Made by a program: the position numbers and the translations under genes
Shown here: positions 59,093 to 64,000 of the stretch, piece by piece
Layout: each line of letters begins with the position of its first letter
How positions within the stretch are numbered: the first letter of the stretch is position 1
Notes under the pieces: model-generated
What the model was told of the DNA's origin: nothing
Seen by the model: the letters and a program-made list of their open reading frames with translations, nothing else
Databases searched by the model: none
Origin: an uncultured Verrucomicrobiae bacterium
GTDB taxonomy: Bacteria; Verrucomicrobiota; Verrucomicrobiia; Chthoniobacterales; JAFAMB01
Assembly: GCA_963762565.1 (NCBI GenBank)
Contig: CAVXLD010000005.1
Span: 192,001 to 256,000, forward strand
DNA length: 64,000 nucleotides
Direction: 5' to 3'

Positions 59093-60939
59093 TCCGGCGT
59101 CCTCCTGCGCCGCTGCCGTGGCTAGCGGCATTGCTAGCGTGTTACCTGTGCGCCCCTTTTGTGGCCGCAGTGCAGCAAGCCTGGCTCACCGATTGGCATT
59201 CGGTAAACGCGACCGAGCTTTGGCGCGCCCTCGCAGTGTCAGTAGTTAGCGCCACAGTGTCCGCCACTCTAATCCTCATCGGCGGTGTGCCACTCGGTTA
59301 CTGCCTGGCGCGCGTGCCCGGGCGCAGAATGGCCTTGCTCGGTTTTATTGTGCAATTGCCCTTGGCGATCCCGCCTTTGGCGAGCGGCATCCTTTTGCTC
59401 TTTTTGATCGGACCCTACGCGCCACTTGGCCAGCTCGGGCACGGAGCACTCACCGACTCGTTTGCCGGTATTGTGCTTGCCGAGACTTTTGTGGCGGCGC
59501 CTTTTTCGATCGTTGCTTCGCGCTCAGCCTTCGCTTCGGTCGATCCTGTCCTCGAAGATGTAGCCGCTACCATGGGACGAGGAAGGCTGGTGACATTTGT
59601 AAAGGTTAGTCTTCCACTCGCTTGGCCAGCCATTCAAGCGGGTTTGCTTCTCTCTTGGTTGCGCGCCTTTGGTGAATTTGGGGCGACAGTCATGGTTGCC
59701 TATCATCCTTACTCACTCCCGGTCTATACGTACGTCGCGTTTGGGAGTCAGGGTCTGCCGGTGATGATGCCCATATTGCTTCCCGGCTTGGCGGCAGCAA
59801 TTGCGGTTTTTGCTCTCAGTACCATTCCTAACGTAAGGCCGCGGCGTGTGAGCGTCCCTCTCCGTCCATCGGACGCTCCGGTGGGGCACATTAGCGCATC
59901 GAGAACAACTCGTACACCAAGCTCAAGGGACATCTCGAAAGGCGGCCTTAGCTTTCAATTTCATCGCCACCTCGGTACCTCCTTCGAGTTGAATGTCAGT
60001 TGGACGACCCGCGCTCGACGTCTCGTTATCCTCGGTCCTTCGGGATCGGGAAAGACGCTCACGCTGCGTTTGTTGGCTGGACTCGACAGGCCAGACAGCG
60101 GTGTCTTCCGTCTCGGCCTAACCGACCTGTCCAGCCTGCCTCCGGAAGCTCGCGAGATAGCCTATGTCCCGCAGACTTACGCGTTGTTTCCTCATATGGA
60201 CGTGTTTGCCCAACTACTATTTCCAGTTGGTGCAGAAGCGCGCACCGCGCACCACTGGATCGAGCGGCTTGGCCTCGCCAATCTTGAGCATCGACTCCCG
60301 GCAACTTTGTCGCTTGGACAGCAACAGAGGGTGGCCTTGGCGAGAGCTCTGGTTCGGCCGGCAGACCTCATTCTACTTGATGAACCCTTATCCGCCCTGG
60401 ACGCGCCGCGGCGGCGCCGGCTTCGGAGAGAATTGCGTCAGTTGCAGCACGAAATCGAAGCAACCATGGTGATCGTTACCCACGACCCGGACGAAGCAGC
60501 CCTGCTTGGCGACGAAATCCTGATACTAGATCAAGGCCGCGTTCTTCAGACAGGCACAACCGAGGCGGTATTCACACGACCTGCAAGCGAAACGGTGGCT
60601 CGCCTGCTTGGTGCAGAAAACATCGCTTTTGGTGTCGCCGTGGACGACGAGCACATTGAGATCGGGGACGGCGTAAAACTTCATGTGACAGGTCCGCCTC
60701 TCCCGCCAAACGAACGTGTGGGTTGGACTGTGCGACCAGAGCACATATACCTTAATAGCAACGGCCCCTATGCAGCCATCATCGAAGACATCGTTCCATT
60801 CGGGAGCAGGCTGCAGGTCTATGTCAGGCTTGGTCACACTTCGTTGCTTGTGCTGACCAACGAACAGGTGGCTCAAATCAATGAAGTATGTCGCTTGGAC
60901 ATCGATCCGCGATCTATCCAGGTTTGGAAAGCCCCATGA
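59089..60939 (+). CDS. Fused ModB-like permease and ModC-like ATPase
   Basis: LPLAIPP, RAFGEFGAT; GPSGSGKT, LSLGQQQR, DEPLSALD; TOBE-like C-terminus. Confidence 0.9.
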   Translation: MIRRPPAPLPWLAALLACYLCAPFVAAVQQAWLTDWHSVNATELWRALAVSVVSATVSATLILIGGVPLGYCLARVPGRRMALLGFIVQLPLAIPPLASGILLLFLIGPYAPLGQLGHGALTDSFAGIVLAETFVAAPFSIVASRSAFASVDPVLEDVAATMGRGRLVTFVKVSLPLAWPAIQAGLLLSWLRAFGEFGATVMVAYHPYSLPVYTYVAFGSQGLPVMMPILLPGLAAAIAVFALSTIPNVRPRRVSVPLRPSDAPVGHISASRTTRTPSSRDISKGGLSFQFHRHLGTSFELNVSWTTRARRLVILGPSGSGKTLTLRLLAGLDRPDSGVFRLGLTDLSSLPPEAREIAYVPQTYALFPHMDVFAQLLFPVGAEARTAHHWIERLGLANLEHRLPATLSLGQQQRVALARALVRPADLILLDEPLSALDAPRRRRLRRELRQLQHEIEATMVIVTHDPDEAALLGDEILILDQGRVLQTGTTEAVFTRPASETVARLLGAENIAFGVAVDDEHIEIGDGVKLHVTGPPLPPNERVGWTVRPEHIYLNSNGPYAAIIEDIVPFGSRLQVYVRLGHTSLLVLTNEQVAQINEVCRLDIDPRSIQVWKAP

Positions 60940-60964
60940 TCGAACGGAGGCGAAAATGGAAACC

Positions 60965-61337
60965 TAACCGCAGCCCCGAAATCCTCCGGGGCGAAATGGA
61001 CGCAGATTAACGCAGATCATCAAATCGCCAGTCTATACGATAGAGCGAAACACGCGCAGGATGGGACAATGCCAGCAAAAACAGGAACGATCCGCAGATT
61101 AACGCAGATTACGCAGATTACGCTTGGCGGCGGCTCAAGAAGACGAGGTAAAGGAAAACGTGTCGCCTACGAAAGTTTTGTTTCTCTCCCCGGCCGTATC
61201 AACGCTCAAAACGAAATCTGCGTAATCTGCGTAATCTGCGGATGATCCCCTCTGCAGGGCGTTGCTCGGCCTAATGAGATGCTTCGCTCTACTGTGTTGC
61301 CCGTCGGCACTTTCTCATCTGCGTTCATCAGCGGTTC
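60965..61337. repeat. Family E palindrome
   Basis: Homologous to 56962-57291. Confidence 0.85.
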
Positions 61338-61484
61338 GGTTCCTATGGCACCCCTCAAAAAAATGTTGCTGTTAACCAACATATTCAGCTTTCCTTGGTT
61401 GAAACGGCTCTCGGGCTCAGAGAAGATACCGAAGAACGCCCAAAGTCAGGATGGCGGTTGATCGACATCCTGGAGAGGAAGCTG

Positions 61485-64000
61485 GTGAACCAAATCGATT
61501 TTGCCGGAGGCACTGAGCACGCTGGAACAGCGTCCACCGCAGCACAGGGCCAGCATCATGAATTCGATGAGCCGGCGCCGGTTGCGATCAGCCCGCTCAT
61601 TGGCCGGGATGCAGAGCTCAGGTTGCTGGAAGATCGTTGGGAACAAGCTTTGGAAGGGCAAAGCCAAACGGTCCTGGTATTAGGAGAGGCGGGTTTGGGC
61701 AAGTCGCGCCTGGTACGGACCATCGCCCGTCTTATTCGAGAAGGCAGCGGCGAAGAGACCGGTACGGGCGATAAGCTTCAGATTCAGGTTGTCGAATGGC
61801 GTTGTGCTGAGCATTTCAGGAATTCTGAACTCCACCCGGTTTCGGGGTTTATGAACCATTTCCTCGGCTTTGGTGCTAACGATACGCCGAGTCTTCGGTT
61901 TGAGCGTTTGGCCCGGCATTTAGAAGAGTACGGTCTGAATTCGCCGGAAAGTGTCGGTCTTTTTGCAAAATTGCTTTTTCTGCCGGAGGACGAGCGTTAT
62001 TTGGCTGCCGGGTTAACCCCTGCTCGGCAGCGAGAAGAAACCTTTCGTCTGCTGCGCAGGTGGCTTGATGCCGGTTCCGCTAAGCGACCCACTCTATTCA
62101 TCGTGGAGGACCTGCACTGGAGCGATGCCTCAACCCTGGAGTTTCTTGGCCAATTGATTGGTGAGAGACAATCCGAAAAAATCCTCACGGTTCTAACCTT
62201 TCGTCCGGAATTCAAAGTCCCGTGGCCGGCCGCCCCGCATCAAACCATCCTGGCCCTGAACCGGCTTAACCGGAGGCAACTGGCGGAGTGGATGCGGATC
62301 GCCTCGAACCGGCCGTTACCGGACTCTCTAATCTCGCAGATCTATCAACGCACCGGCGGTGTTCCGCTCCTGGTAGAAGAGTTTACCCGAATGGTTTGTG
62401 AGTCGGCAGAGGTCCCGGCTACTCTCCAAGATCTGGTGATTGCGCGCTTGGATCGCATGGCTTGTGATCGGGAGGTCGTTTTATTGACCTCAACGTTAGG
62501 GCACCAGTTCGACTATGAATTGCTGGCGTCGACAGCGTCTATCGACGAAGAACGGCTACGAACCGAACTAGCCAAGCTGGTTTCAGCCGGCATCTTGTAC
62601 AGCAAAGGTGAATGGCCCCACTGTAGTTACCGATTCAAACATGCGCTGCTTGAAGAAGCGCTTTACACGTCCATCGACGAGTCGAAGCGCCGCGAATTCC
62701 ATCGACGAGTTGCCGAGACCATGGAAGCCCGGTTTCCAAAGGTGGCGGAGACGCAGCCGGAATTGCTGGCCGAACATTTTACTAAAGCGGGTCAGGTATT
62801 AAAGGCGATCGGGTATTGTTTGAAGGCCGGGCTACGTTCGCGGGACCGGTTTGCCAACGTCGAGGCGGTCAGTCATTTTAAGAAGGGAGTCCACCTCCTG
62901 GAGAAGCTGGAGCCATCGGCCAGGCGAGACGCGCTCGAACTGGAGTTGCTGGGCCCGCTGAGTACAGCCTATATCGCCTGGCGAGGTTATGCCGATCCGG
63001 AGGTAGATCCGATTCTCAGCCGAGCTCACGCACTTTGTGAGCGGGTTGGGGAAACACCTCAGGTGTTCGCGGTCATGTGGGGGAATTTTGCCTATCACAT
63101 TGTGAGGGGTGATTTCCGGATGTGTGCTGCCCTAGCGGAAGAAGCGATTGCCTTCGCCGAACGCCTTAATCATCCCGGGATCCTGATGGAATCTCTTTTC
63201 CTGAGGGGTATTACCTTTTTCTATCGCGGAGACTTTAGCAGCAGCCGGAAGACGTGTGCGGATGCTCTCGCTCGGTTCGATGATCGGGAACGCGCCGCCT
63301 CGTTAGCCAAGCTCATTGGCGAAGATCCGGGTATTACTTGCCGGTGCTATCTGTCCCTTGCCTTGTGGCATCTAGGGTTTGCCGATCAAGCTCTCGAGCT
63401 CAGTCGGCAAACGGTCGAACTGGCCCGCTCGATCAACCATATTTTTAGTTTGGAGTACGCGCTACATCATGCCGGCTGGCTGCTTCAGCATTGCCGCCTT
63501 GGGACCCAAACTCAGGTTGTCGCCGAGGAACAGGGACAGATTGCCAGCGAGCAGGGGTTCCTTTTCTGGCAAGCCACCGGAACTCTTTACGCCGCCGGCG
63601 GGTTGCTTCTACAAGAACGGATCGACCGCGGGCTGCCGTTGCTCGAGAAAGGGCTCCAAGCTTATCGAGCCACGGGCGCTCAGTTGGGGCTTCCGTACTA
63701 TTTCAGTATGTTAGCTGCCGCCTGCATACGGGTGGGCCGCTTTGCTGATGCCGGGAATGCTTTAGGGGAAGCACTCGATTTAGCAAACCAGAACGATGAA
63801 CGTTTTCAAGAAGCGGAACTGTACCGGCTCAAGGGCGAATTGTTGCTAGCTGAGTCCAATGATCAAGCCGGAGCCGAGGAATGGTTCAACCGGGCAATTG
63901 AGACGGCTGAGCGACAGGGGAGCAGAGTATGGAAGCTTCGGGCAACGACCAGTTTAGTGCGACTCTGGCAGAAACAAGGTCAGCGGGAAAAAGCTTTTAC
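61485..64000 (+). CDS. AAA_16/STAND-like ATPase with TPR-like C-terminus (3'-truncated)
   Basis: Translated by hand: LIGRDAEL, GEAGLGKSRL, VEDLHWSD, GGVPLLVEE, FKHALL, AELYRLKGE; GTG after GGAGAGGA. Confidence 0.88.
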   Translation, partial: MNQIDFAGGTEHAGTASTAAQGQHHEFDEPAPVAISPLIGRDAELRLLEDRWEQALEGQSQTVLVLGEAGLGKSRLVRTIARLIREGSGEETGTGDKLQIQVVEWRCAEHFRNSELHPVSGFMNHFLGFGANDTPSLRFERLARHLEEYGLNSPESVGLFAKLLFLPEDERYLAAGLTPARQREETFRLLRRWLDAGSAKRPTLFIVEDLHWSDASTLEFLGQLIGERQSEKILTVLTFRPEFKVPWPAAPHQTILALNRLNRRQLAEWMRIASNRPLPDSLISQIYQRTGGVPLLVEEFTRMVCESAEVPATLQDLVIARLDRMACDREVVLLTSTLGHQFDYELLASTASIDEERLRTELAKLVSAGILYSKGEWPHCSYRFKHALLEEALYTSIDESKRREFHRRVAETMEARFPKVAETQPELLAEHFTKAGQVLKAIGYCLKAGLRSRDRFANVEAVSHFKKGVHLLEKLEPSARRDALELELLGPLSTAYIAWRGYADPEVDPILSRAHALCERVGETPQVFAVMWGNFAYHIVRGDFRMCAALAEEAIAFAERLNHPGILMESLFLRGITFFYRGDFSSSRKTCADALARFDDRERAASLAKLIGEDPGITCRCYLSLALWHLGFADQALELSRQTVELARSINHIFSLEYALHHAGWLLQHCRLGTQTQVVAEEQGQIASEQGFLFWQATGTLYAAGGLLLQERIDRGLPLLEKGLQAYRATGAQLGLPYYFSMLAAACIRVGRFADAGNALGEALDLANQNDERFQEAELYRLKGELLLAESNDQAGAEEWFNRAIETAERQGSRVWKLRATTSLVRLWQKQGQREKAF

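Noticed and set aside
1..64000. Autonomous IS, integrase or prophage
   Set aside because: No transposase, recombinase or phage-like ORF recognised.

Overview
A 64-kb stretch of bacterial chromosome. The gene content and repeat style suggest a soil Verrucomicrobiota (Chthoniobacterales-like) genome; this is inference only. It holds about 48 protein genes: two sugar ABC systems, PIN-PhoH, plsX, several oxidoreductases and hydrolases, an OprB-type porin, an atypical Hsp70, vapBC, and a cpo-fumC-yoaK-thrE-maeA-cydAB-emrAB-FUSC-response regulator region. A Mo/W ABC system and a truncated AAA-TPR protein lie at the right end. I found no rRNA, tRNA, CRISPR array or transposase. The most unusual signals are non-coding. 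(1) Nearly every intergenic gap holds a REP/REPIN-like palindromic element, from at least 8 families. In one family the REP hairpin loops carry a second hairpin, whose own loop is either 2 nt or a variable 31-33 nt insert. (2) A 21-bp motif occurs 5 times, always in the same orientation upstream of a gene, suggesting a regulon of the local FixJ/StyR-like regulator. (3) There are five sigma54-like promoters, paired AraC-like boxes, a DtxR/MntR-like double box and several unannotated small ORFs. Two clear and one possible single-base frameshift may be sequencing errors.
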